Assembly: GCA_964016885.1 (NCBI GenBank)
Contig: OZ024741.1
Span: 250,790,001 to 250,854,000, forward strand
Reading direction: 5' to 3'
Source of the DNA: Eledone cirrhosa
Lineage: Eukaryota
DNA length: 64,000 nucleotides
In this document: positions 1-12,700 of the stretch, piece by piece
Position numbering within the stretch: the stretch's first letter is position 1
How the letters are laid out: each line of letters starts with the position of its first letter
Made by a program: the position numbers and the translations under genes
Notes under the pieces: model-generated
Database searches by the model: none
Told to the model about the DNA's origin: nothing
Seen by the model: the letters and a program-made list of their open reading frames with translations, nothing else

Positions 1-739
1 TTGTAAAAAAAATCAGGGGGAGATAATTTGTAAAAAAAAATCAGGGGGAGATAATTTGTAAAAAAAATCAAGGGGAGATAATTTCCAGCCGTCCAAAGAG
101 AGATAATTTCTAGCCGTCCAAGGGGAGATAATTTCCAGCCAAGGGGAGATAATTTCCAGCCGTACAAGGGGAGATAATTTTTAAAAAATCAGGTGGAGAT
201 AATTTGTAAAAACAAAATCAAGGGCAGATAATTTCCAGCCGTCCAAGGGGAGATAATTTCCAGCAGTGCAAGGGGAGATAATTTCCAGCCGTCCAAGGGG
301 AGATAATTTCCCGCCAGCCAAGGGAAGATAATATTTAAAAAAATCAGGCGGAGATAATTTGAAAAAAAAATCAGGGGGAGATAATTTGTAAAAAAATCAG
401 GGGGAGATAATTTGTAAAAAAAAAATCAGGGGGAGATAATTTTTTTAAAAAATCAGGGGGAGATAATTTGTAAAAAAAATCAAGGGGAGATAATTTCCAG
501 CCGTCCAAGGAGAGATAATTTAAAAAAAAATTCAGGCGGAGATAATTTGTAAAAAAAAATCGGGCAGATAATTTGTAAAAAAAATCAGGAGGAGATAATT
601 TGTAAAAAAAATCAAGGGGAGATAATTTCCAGCCGTCCAAGGGAAGATAATTTCCGGCCAAGGGGAGATAATTTCCAGCCGTCCAAGGGGAGATAATTTT
701 TTAAAAAATCAGGTGGAGATAATTTGTAAAAAACATCAG

Positions 740-3700
740 GGGGAGATAATTTGTAAAAACAAAATCAAGGGCAGATAATTTCCAGCTGTCCAAGGGGAGA
801 TAATTTCCAGCCGTGCAAGGGAAGATAATTTCCAGCCGTCCAAGGGGAGATAATTTCCCGCCAGCCAAGGGAAGATAATTTTAAAAAAAATCAGGCGGAG
901 ATTGTAAAAAAATCAGGGGGAGATAATTTTTAAAAAAATCAGGAGATAATTTGTAAAAAAAAATCAGGGGGAGATAATTTGTAAAAAAAATCAGGGGGAG
1001 ATAATTTGTAAAAAAAAATCAGGGGGAGATAATTTGTAAAAAAATCAGGGGTAGATAATTTGTAAAAAAAAATCAGGGGGAGATAATTTGTAAAAAAAAA
1101 TCAGGGGGAGATAATTTGTAAAAAAAATCAAGGGGAGATAATTTGCAGCCGTCCAAGGGGAGATAATTTCCAGCCGTCCAAAGAGAGATAATTTCTAGAC
1201 GTCCAAGGGGAGATAATTTCCAGCCGTCCAAGGGGAGATAATTTCCAGCCGTCCAAGGGGAGATAATTTTTTAAAATATCAGGTGGAGATAATTTGTAAA
1301 AAAATCAGGGGGAGATAATTTGTAAAAACAAAATCAAGGGCAGATAATTTCCAGCCGTCCAAGGGGAGATAATTTCCCGCCAGCCAAGGGAAGATAATTT
1401 TTAAAAAAATCAGACGGATATAATTTGTAGAAAAATCAGGGGGAGATAATTTCCAGCCGTCCAAGGGGAGATAATTTTCAGCCGTGCAAGGAGAGGTAAT
1501 TTCTAGAGGTCCAAGGGGAGATAATTTCCAGCCGTGCAAGGGGAGATAATTTCCAGCCGTCCAAAGAGAGATAATTTCTAGCCGTCCAAGGGGAGATAAT
1601 TTCCAGCCGTGCATGGGGAGATAATTTCCAGCCGTCCAAGGAGAGGTAATTTCTAGCCGTCCAAGGGGAGATAATTTCCAGCCCTCCAAGGGGAGATAAA
1701 TTCCAGCCTCCAAGGGGAGATAATTTCCAGCCAGCCAAGGGGAGATAATTTGTAAAAAAATCAGGGGGAGATAATTTGTAAAAAAAAATCAGGGGGAGAT
1801 AATTTGTAAAAAAAAATCAGGGGGAGATAATTTGTAAAAAAAAATCAGGGGGAGATAATTTGTAAAAAAAATCAAGGAGAGATAATTTTCAGCCGTCCAA
1901 GGGGAGATAATTTTCAGCCGTCCAAGGAGAGGTAATTTCTAGCCGTCCAAGGGGATATAATTTCCAGCCGTCCAATGGGAGATAATTTCCAGCCGTCCAA
2001 GGGGAGATAATTTTAAAAAAAAATCAGGCGGAGATAATTTGTAAAAAATAAATCAGGGGGAGATAATTTGTAAAAAAAAATCAGGGGGAGATAATTTGTA
2101 AAAAAGATCAGGGGGAGATAATTTGTAAAAAAAATCAAGGGTAGATAATTTCCAGCCGTCCAAAGAGAGATAATTTCTAGCCGTCCAAGGGGAGATAATT
2201 TCCAGCCAAGGGGAGATAATTTCCAGCCGTCCAAGGGGAGATAATTTCCAGCCGTGCAAGGGGAGATAATTTCCAGCCGTCCAAGGGGAGATTATTTCCC
2301 GCCAGCCAAGGGAAGATAATATTTAAAAAAATCAGGCGGAGATAATTTGTAAAATAAATCAGGGGGAGATAATTTGTAAAAAAATCAGGGGGAGATAATT
2401 TGTAAAAAAGATCAGGGGGAGATAATTTGTAAAAAAAAATCAGGGGTAGATAATATGTAAAATAAAATCAGGGGGAGATAATTTGTAAAAAAAAAATCAG
2501 GTGGAGATAAATTGTAAAAAAAATCAAGGGGAGATAATTTTCAGCCGTCCAAGGAGGGCTAATTTCTAGCCGTCCAAGGGGAGATAATTTCCAGCCGTCC
2601 AAGGGGAGATAATTTCCAGCCGTCCAAGGGGAGATAATTTTTTTTAAAAAATCAGGCGGAGATAATTTGTAAAAAAAAAATCAGGGGGAGATAATTTGTA
2701 AAAAAAAATCAGGGGGTGATAATTTGTAAAAAAATCAAGGGGAGATAATTTCAAGCCGTCCAAGGGAAGATAATTTCCAGCCTCCAAGGGGCTATAATTT
2801 CCAGAGTCCAAGGGGAGATAATTTCCAGCCAGCGAAGGGGAGATAATTTTTTTAAAAAAATCACTGGGAGATTTGTAAAAAAAATCAGGGGGAGATAATT
2901 TGTAAAAAGAATCAAGGGGAGATAATTTCCAACCGTCCAAAGAGAGATAATTTCTAGCCGTCCAAGGGGAGATAATTTCCAGCCAAGGGGAGATAATTTC
3001 CAGCCGTCCAAGGGGAGATAATTTTTTAAAATATAGGTGGAGATAATTTGTAAAAAAATCAGGGGGAGATAATTTGTAAAAACAAAATCAAGGGCAGATA
3101 ATTTCCAGCCGTCCAAGGGGAGATAATTTCCAGCCGTGCAAGGGGAGATAATTTGTAAAAAAAATCAGGGGGAGATAATTTCCAGCCGTCCAAGGGGAGA
3201 TAATTTTCAGCCGTCCAAGGAGAGGTAATTTCTAGCCGCCCAAGGGAAGATAATTTCCAGCCGTCCAAGGAGAGGTAATTTCTAGCCGTCCAAGGGGAGA
3301 TAATGTCCAGCCGTCCTAGGGGAGATAATTTCCAGCCGTCCAAGGGGAGATAATTTTTAAAAAAATCAGGCGGAGATAATTTGTAAAAAAAAAATCAGGG
3401 GGAGATAATTTGTAAAAAAAAATCAGGGGGAGATAATTTGTAAAAAAAATCAAGGGGAGATAATTTCCCGCCAGCGAAGGGGAGATAATTTTTTTAAAAA
3501 AATCACTGGGAGATTTGTAAAAAAAATCAGGGGGAGATAATTTGTAAAAAAAATCAAGGGGAGATAATTTCCAGCCGTCCAAAGAGAGATAATTTCTAGC
3601 CGTCCAAGGGGAGATAATTTCCAGCCAAGGGGAGATAATTTCCAGCCGTCCAAGGGGAGATAATTTTTTAAAAAATCAGGTGGAGATAATTTGTAAAAAA

Positions 3701-6700
3701 AATCAGGGGATGATAATTTGTAAAAACAAAATCAAGGGCAGATAATTTCCAGCCGTCCAAGGGGAGATAATTTCCAGCAGTGCAAGGGGAGATAATTTCC
3801 AGCCGTCCAAGGGGAGATAATTTCCATCCTTCCAAGGGAAGATAATTTCCAGCCGTCCAAGGGGAGATAATATTTAAAAAAATCAGGCGGAGATAATTTG
3901 TAAAAATATCAGAGGGAGATAATTTGTAAAAAAATCAGGGGGAGATAATTTGTAAAAAAAAAAATCAGGTGGAGATAATTTGTAAAAAAAATCAGTGGGA
4001 GATAATTTGTAAAAAAAAATCAGGGTGAGATAATTTGTAAAAAAATCAGGGGTAGATAATTTGTAAAAAAAAATCAAGGGGAGATAATTTCCAGCCGTCC
4101 AAAGAGAGATGATTTAAAAAAAAAATCAGGCGGAGATAATTTGTAAAAAAAAATCAGGGGTAGATAATTTGTAAAAAAAATCAGGGGGAGATAATTTGTA
4201 AAAAAAATCAAGGGGAGATAATTTCCAGCCGTCCAAGGGAAGATAATTTCCAGCCAAGGGGAGATAATTTCCAGCCGTCCAAGGGGAGATAATTTTTTAA
4301 AAAATCAGGTGGCGATAATTTGTAAAAAAAATCAAGGGGAGATAATTTGTAAAAACAAAATCAAGGGCCGATAATTTCCAGCTGTCCAAGGGGAGATAAT
4401 TTCCAGCCGTGCAAGGGAAGATAACTTCCAGCCGTCCAAGGGGAGATAATTTCCCGCCAGCCAAGGGAAGATAATTTTTAAAAAAATCAGGCGTAGATTG
4501 TAAAAAAATCAGGGGGAGATAATTTGTAAAAAAATCAGGGGGAGATAATTTGTAAAAAAAAATCAGGGGGAGATAATTTGTAAAAGAAATCAGGGGGAGA
4601 TAATTTGTAAAAAAAAATCAGGGGGAGATAATTTGTAAAAAAATCAGGGGTAGATAATTTGTAAAAAAAATCAGGGGGAGATAATTTGTAAAAAAAAAAT
4701 CAGGGGGAGATAATTTGTAAAAAAAATCAAGGGGAGATAATTTGCAGCCGTCCAAGGGGAGATAATTTCCAGCCGTCCAAAGAGAGATAATTTCTAGCCG
4801 TCCAAGGGGAGATAATTTCCAGCCGTCCAAGGGGAGATAATTTCCAGCCGTCCAAGGGGAGATAATTTTTAAAAACATCAGGTGGAGATAATTTGTAAAA
4901 AAATCAGGGGGAGATAATTTGTAAAAACAAAATCAAGGGCAGATAATTTCCAGCCGTCCAAGGGGAGATAATTTCCCGCCAGCCAAGGGAAGATAATTTT
5001 TAAAAAAATCAGGCGGAGATAATTTGAAAAAAAAATCAGGGGGAGATAATTTGTAAAAAAATCAGGGGGAGATAATTTGTAAAAAAAAAATCAGGGGGAG
5101 ATAATTTTTTAACAAAATCAGGGGGAGATAATTTGTAAAAAAAAATCAAGGGGAGATAATTTCCAGCCGTCCAAGGAGAGATAATTTAAAAAAAAATTCA
5201 GGCGGAGATAATTTGTAAAAAAAAATCGGGCAGATAATTTGTAAAAAAAATCAGGAGGAGATAATTTGTAAAAAAAATCAAGGGGAGATAATTTCCAGCC
5301 GTCCAAGGGAAGATAATTTCCGGCCAAGGGGAGATAATTTCCAGCCGTCCAAGGGGAGATAATTTTTTAAAAAATCAGGTGGAGATAATTTGTAAAAAAC
5401 ATCAGGGGGAGATAATTTGTAAAAACAAAATCAAGGGCAGATAATTTCCAGCTGTCCAAGGGGAGATAATTTCCAGCCGTGCAAGGGAAGATAATTTCCA
5501 GCCGTCCAAGGGGAGATAATTTCCCGCCAGCCAAGGGAAGATAATTTTTAAAAAAATCAGGCGGAGATTGTAAAAAAATCAGGGGGAGATAATTTGTAAA
5601 AAAATCAGGAGGAGATAATTTGTAAAAAAAAATCAGGGGGAGATAATTTGTAAAAAAAATCAGGGGGAGATAATTTGTAAAAAAAAATCAGGGGGAGATA
5701 ATTTGTAAAAAAATCAGGGGTAGATAATTTGTAAAAAAAAATCAGGGGGAGATAATTTGTAAAAAAAAATCAGGGGGAGATAATTTGTAAAAAAAATCAA
5801 GGGGAGATAATTTGCAGCCGTCCAAGGGGAGATAATTTCCAGCCGTCCAAAGAGAGATAATTTCTAGACGTCCAAGGGGAGATAATTTCCAGCCGTCCAA
5901 GGGGAGATAATTTCCAGCCGTCCAAGGGGAGATAATTTTTTAAAATATCAGGTGGAGATAATTTGTAAAAAAATCAGGGGGAGATAATTTGTAAAAACAA
6001 AATCAAGGGCAGATAATTTCCAGCCGTCCAAGGGGAGATAATTTCCCGCCAGCCAAGGGAAGATAATTTTTAAAAAAATCAGACGGAGATAATTTGTAGA
6101 AAAATCAGGGGGAGATAATTTCCAGCCGTCCAAGGGGAGATAATTTTCAGCCGTGCAAGGAGAGGTAATTTCTAGAGGTCCAAGGGGAGATAATTTCCAG
6201 CCGTGCAAGGGGAGATAATTTCCAGCCGTCCAAAGAGAGATAATTTCTAGCCGTCCAAGGGGAGATAATTTCCAGCCGTCCAAGGGGAGATAATTTCCAG
6301 CCCTACAAGCAGCTATAATTTCCAGCCGTCCAAAGGGAGATAATTTCCAGCCAGCGAAGGGGAGATAATTTATTTTTAAATTAGGGGGAGATTTGTAAAA
6401 AAAATCAGGGGGAGATAATTTGTAAAAAAAATCAAGGGGAAATAATTTCCAGCCGTCCAAGGGGAGATAATTTCCAGCCGTTCAAGGGGAGATAATTTCC
6501 AGCCGTCCAAGGGGAGATAATTTTTTTAAAAAAATCAGGCGGAGATAATTTGTAAAAAAAAAATCAGGGGGAGATAATTTGTAAAAAAAAATCGGGGAGA
6601 TAATTTGTAAAAAAAAATCAGGGGGAGATAATATGTAAAAAAAATCAAGGGGAGATAATTTCCAGCCGTCCGAGGGAAGATAATTTCCAGCCCTCCAAGG

Positions 6701-9700
6701 GGCTATAATTTCCAGCGTCCAAGGGGAGATAATTTCCAGCCAGCGAAAGGGAGATTATTTTTTTTTAAAAATCACTGGGAGATTTGTAAAAAAAATCAGG
6801 GGGAGATAATTTGTAAAAAAAATCAAGGGGAGATAATTTCCAGCCGTCCAAAGAGAGATAATTTCTAGCCGTCCAAGGGGAGATAATTTCCAGCCGTGCA
6901 AGGGGAGATAATTTCCAGCCGTCCAAGGGGAGATAATTTCCATCCTTCCAAGGGGAGATAATTTCCAGCCGTCCAAGGGGAGATTATTTCCCGCCAGCCA
7001 AGGGAAGATAATATTTAAAAAAATCAGGCGGAGATAATTTGTAAAATAAATCAGGGGGAGATAATTTGTAAAAAAATCAGGGGGAGATAATTTGTAAAAA
7101 AATCAGGGGGAGATAATTTGTAAAAAAAAATCAGGGGTAGATAATATGTAAAATAAGATCAGGGGGAGATAATTTGTAAAAAAAAAATCAGGGGGAGATA
7201 ATTTGTAAAAAAAATCAAGGGGAGATAATTTTCAGCCGTCCAAGGAGAGGTAATTTCTAGCCGTCCAAGGGGAGATAATTTCCAGCCGTCCAAGGGGAGA
7301 TAATTTCCAGCCGTCCAAGGGGAGATAATTTTTTAAAAAAAATCAGGCGGAGATGATTTGTAAAAAAAAAATCAGGGGGAGATAATTTGTAAAAAAAAAT
7401 CAGGGGGAGATAATTTGTAAAAAAAATCAAGGGGAGATAATTTCCAGCCGTCCAAGGGAAGATAATTTCCAGCCTCCAAGGGGCTATAATTTCCAGCGTC
7501 CAAGGGGAGATAATTTCCAGCCAGCGAAGGGGAGATAATTTTTTTAAAAAAATCACTGGGAGATTTGTAAAAAAAATCAGGGGGAGATAATTTGTAAAAA
7601 GAATCAAGGGTAGATAATTTCCAGCCGTCCAAAGAGAGATAATTTCTAGCCGTCCAAGGGGAGATAATTTCCAGCCAAGGGGAGATAATTTCCAGCCGTC
7701 CAAGGGGAGATAATTTTTTTAAATATCAGGTGGAGATAATTTGTAAAAAAAATCAGGGGGAGATAATTTGTAAAAACAAAATCAAGGGCAGATAATTTCC
7801 AGCCGTCCAAGGGGAGATAATTTCCAGCCGTGCAAGGGGAGATAATTTGTAAAAAAAATCAGGGGGAGATAATTTCCAGCCGTCCAAGGGGAGATAATTT
7901 TCAGCCGTCCAAGGAGAGGTAATTTCTAGCCGTCCAAGGGGAGATAATTTCCAGCCGTGCAAGGGGAGATAATTTCCAGCCGTCCAAGGGGAGATAATTT
8001 CCATCCTTCCAAGGGGAGATAATTTCCAGCCGTCCAAGGGGAGATAATTTCCAGCCAGCGAAGGGGAGATAATTTTTTTTTTTAAATCAGGGGTAGATTG
8101 GTAAAAAAAAATCAGGGGGAGATAATTTGTAAAAAAATCAAGGGGAGATAATTTCCAGCCGTCGAAGGAGAGATAATTTATAGCCGTCCAAGGGGAGATA
8201 ATTTCCAGCAAGCCAAGGGAGATAATTTTTTTAAAAAATCAGGCGGAGATGATTTGTAAAAAAAATCAGGTGGAGATAATTTGTTAAAAAAAATCAGGGG
8301 GCGATAATTTCCAGCCGTCCAAGGGGAGATAATTTCCAGCCGTCCAAAGAGAGATAATTTCTAGCCGTCCAAGGGGAGATAATTTCCAGCCAAGGGGAGA
8401 TAATTTCCAGCCGTCCAAGGGGAGATAATTTTTTAAAATATCAGGTGGAGATAATTTGTAAAAAAAATCAGGGGGAGATAATTTGTAAAAACAAAATCAA
8501 GGGCAGATAATTTCCAGCCGTCCAAGGGGAGATAATTTCCATCCTTCCAAGGGGAGATAATTTCCAGCCGTCCAAGGGGAGATAATTTCCATCCAGCCAA
8601 GGGGAGATAATTTTAAAAAAATCAGGCGGAGATAATTTGTAAAAAAAAAAATCAGGGGGAGATAATTTGTAAAAAAAAATCAGGGGGAGATAATTTGTAA
8701 AAAAATCAGGGGTAGATAATTTGTAAAAAAAATCAAGGGGAGATAATTTCCAGCCGTCCCAGGGGAGATAATTTCCAGCCAGCGAAGGGGAGATAATTTT
8801 TTTTTTTAAATCAGGGGTAGATTGGTAAAAAAAAATCAGGGGGAGATAATTTGTAAAAAAATCAAGGGGAGATAATTTCCAGCCGTCGAAGGAGAGATAA
8901 TTTATAGCCGTCCAAGGGGAGATAATTTCCAGCAAGCGAAGGGAGATAATATTTTAAAAAAATCAGGCGGAGATGAATTGTAAAAAAAATCAGGTGGAGA
9001 TAATTTGTTTAAAAAAATCAGGGGGCGATAATTTCCAGCCGTCCAAGGGGAGATAATTTTTTTTTTTAAATCAGGGGAGATAATTTGTAAAAACAAAATC
9101 AAGGGCAGATAATTTCCAGCTGTCCAAGGGGAGATAATTTCCAGCCGTGCAAGGGAAGATAATTTCCAGCCGTCCAAGGGGAGATAATTTCCCGCCAGCC
9201 AAGGGAAGATAATTTTTAAAAAAATCAGGCGGAGATTGTAAAAAAATCAGGGGGAGATAATTTTTAAAAAAATCAGGAGGAGATAATTTGTAAAAAAAAA
9301 TTGGGGGGGAGATAATTTGTAAAAAAAATCAGGGGGAGATAATTTGTAAAAAAAAATCAGGGGGAGATAATTTGTAAAAAAATCAGGGGTAGATAATTTG
9401 TAAAAAAAAATCAGGGGGAGATAATTTGTAAAAAAAAATCAGGGGGAGATAATTTGTAAAAAAAATCAAGGGGAGATAATTTGCAGCCGTCCAAGGGGAG
9501 ATAATTTCCAGCCGTCCAAAGAGAGATAATTTCTAGACGTCCAAGGGGAGATAATTTCCAGCCGTCCAAGGGGAGATAATTTCCAGCCGTCCAAGGGGAG
9601 ATAATTTTTTAAAATATCAGGTGGAGATAATTTGTAAAAAAATCAGGGGGAGATAATTTGTAAAAACAAAATCAAGGGCAGATAATTTCCAGCCGTCCAA

Positions 9701-12700
9701 GGGGAGATAATTTCCCGCCAGCCAAGGGAAGATAATTTTTAAAAAAATCAGACGGATATAATTTGTAGAAAAATCAGGGGGAGATAATTTCCAGCCGTCC
9801 AAGGGGAGATAATTTTCAGCCGTGCAAGGAGAGGTAATTTCTAGAGGTCCAAGGGGAGATAATTTCCAGCCGTGCAAGGGGAGATAATTTCCAGCCGTCC
9901 AAAGAGAGATAATTTCTAGCCGTCCAAGGGGAGATAATTTCCAGCCGTGCATGGGGAGATAATTTCCAGCCGTCCAAGGAGAGGTAATTTCTAGCCGTCC
10001 AAGGGGAGATAATTTCCAGCCCTCCAAGGGGAGATAAATTCCAGCCTCCAAGGGGAGATAATTTCCAGCCAGCCAAGGGGAGATAATTTGTAAAAAAATC
10101 AGGGGGAGATAATTTGTAAAAAAAAATCAGGGGGAGATAATTTGTAAAAAAAAATCAGGGGGAGATAATTTGTAAAAAAAAATCAGGGGGAGATAATTTG
10201 TAAAAAAAATCAAGGAGAGATAATTTTCAGCCGTCCAAGGGGAGATAATTTTCAGCCGTCCAAGGAGAGGTAATTTCTAGCCGTCCAAGGGGATATAATT
10301 TCCAGCCGTCCAATGGGAGATAATTTCCAGCCGTCCAAGGGGAGATAATTTTTAAAAAAAATCAGGCGGAGATAATTTGTAAAAAATAAATCAGGGGGAG
10401 ATAATTTGTAAAAAAAAATCAGGGGGAGATAATTTGTAAAAAAGATCAGGGGGAGATAATTTGTAAAAAATATCAAGGGTAGATAATTTCCAGCCGTCCA
10501 AAGAGAAATAATTTCTAGCCGTCCAAGGGGAGATAATTTCCAGCCGTGCAAGGGGAGATAATTTCCAGCCGTCCAAGGGGAGATTATTTCCCGCCAGCCA
10601 AGGGAAGATAATATTTAAAAAAATCAGGCGGAGATAATTTGTAAAATAAATCAGGGGGAGATAATTTGTAAAAAAATCAGGGGGAGATAATTTGTAAAAA
10701 AGATCAGGGGGAGATAATTTGTAAAAAAAAATCAGGGGTAGATAATATGTAAAATAAAATCAGGGGGAGATAATTTGTAAAAAAAAAATCAGGTGGAGAT
10801 AAATTGTAAAAAAAATCAAGGGGAGATAATTTTCAGCCGTCCAAGGAGGGCTAATTTCTAGCCGTCCAAGGGGAGATAATTTCCAGCCGTCCAAGGGGAG
10901 ATAATTTCCAGCCGTCCAAGGGGAGATAATTTTTTTTAAAAAATCAGGCGGAGATAATTTGTAAAAAAAAAATCAGGGGGAGATAATTTGTAAAAAAAAA
11001 TCAGGGGGAGATAATTTGTAAAAAAATCAAGGGGAGATAATTTCAAGCCGTCCAAGGGAAGATAATTTCCAGCCTCCAAGGGGCTATAATTTCCAGAGTC
11101 CAAGGGGAGATAATTTCCAGCCAGCGAAGGGGAGATAATTTTTTTAAAAAAATCACTGGGAGATTTGTAAAAAAAATCAGGGGGAGATAATTTGTAAAAA
11201 GAATCAAGGGGAGATAATTTCCAACCGTCCAAAGAGAGATAATTTCTAGCCGTCCAAGGGGAGATAATTTCCAGCCAAGGGGAGATAATTTCCAGCCGTC
11301 CAAGGGGAGATAATTTTTTAAAATATAGGTGGAGATAATTTGTAAAAAAATCAGGGGGAGATAATTTGTAAAAATAAAATCAAGGGCAGATAATTTCCAG
11401 CCGTCCAAGGGGAGATAATTTCCAGCCGTGCAAGGGGAGATAATTTGTAAAAAAAATCAGGGGGAGATAATTTCCAGCCGTCCAAGGGAGATAATTTTCA
11501 GCCGTCCAAGGAGAGGTAATTTCTAGCCGCCCAAGGGAAGATAATTTCCAGCCGTCCAAGGAGAGGTAATTTCTAGCCGTCCAAGGGGAGATAATGTCCA
11601 GCCGTCCTAGGGGAGATAATTTCCAGCCGTCCAAGGGGAGATAATTTTTAAAAAAATCAGGCGGAGATAATTTGTAAAAAAAAAATCAGGGGGAGATAAT
11701 TTGTAAAAAAAAATCAGGGGGAGATAATTTGTAAAAAAAATCAAGGGGAGATAATTTCCCGCCAGCGAAGGGGAGATAATTTTTTTAAAAAAATCACTGG
11801 GAGATTTGTAAAAAAAATCAGGGGGAGATAATTTGTAAAAAAAATCAAGGGGAGATAATTTCCAGCCGTCCAAAGAGAGATAATTTCTAGCCGTCCAAGG
11901 GGAGATAATTTCCAGCCAAGGGGAGATAATTTCCAGCCGTCCAAGGGGAGATAATTTTTTAAAAAATCAGGTGGAGATAATTTGTAAAAAAAATCAGGGG
12001 ATGATAATTTGTAAAAACAAAATCAAGGGCAGATAATTTCCAGCCGTCCAAGGGGAGATAATTTCCAGCAGTGCAAGGGGAGATAATTTCCAGCCGTCCA
12101 AGGGGAGATAATTTCCATCCTTCCAAGGGAAGATAATTTCCAGCCGTCCAAGGGGAGATAATATTTAAAAAAATCAGGCGGAGATAATTTGTAAAAAAAA
12201 TCAGAGGGAGATAATTTGTAAAAAAATCAGGGGGAGATAATTTGTAAAAAAAAAAATCAGGTGGAGATAATTTGTAAAAAAAATCAGGGGGAGATAATTT
12301 GTAAAAAAAAATCAGGGTGAGATAATTTGTAAAAAAATCAGGGGTAGATAATTTGTAAAAAAAATCAAGGGGAGATAATTTCCAGCCGTCCAAGGGTAGA
12401 TAATTTCCAGCCAGCGAATGGGAGATAATTTTTTTTTTTAAATCAGGGGTAGATTGGTAAAAAAAAATCAGGGGGAGATAATTTGTAAAAAAATCAAGGG
12501 GAGATAATTTCCAGCCGTCGAAGGAGAGATAATTTATAGCCGTCCAAGGGGAGATAATTTCCAGCAAGCCAAGGGAGATAATATTTTAAAAAAATCAGGG
12601 GGAGATAATTTGTAAAAAAAAATCAGGGGTAGATAATTTGTAAAAAAAAATCAGGGGTAGATAATTTGTAAAAAAAAATCAAGGGGAGATAATTTCCAGC

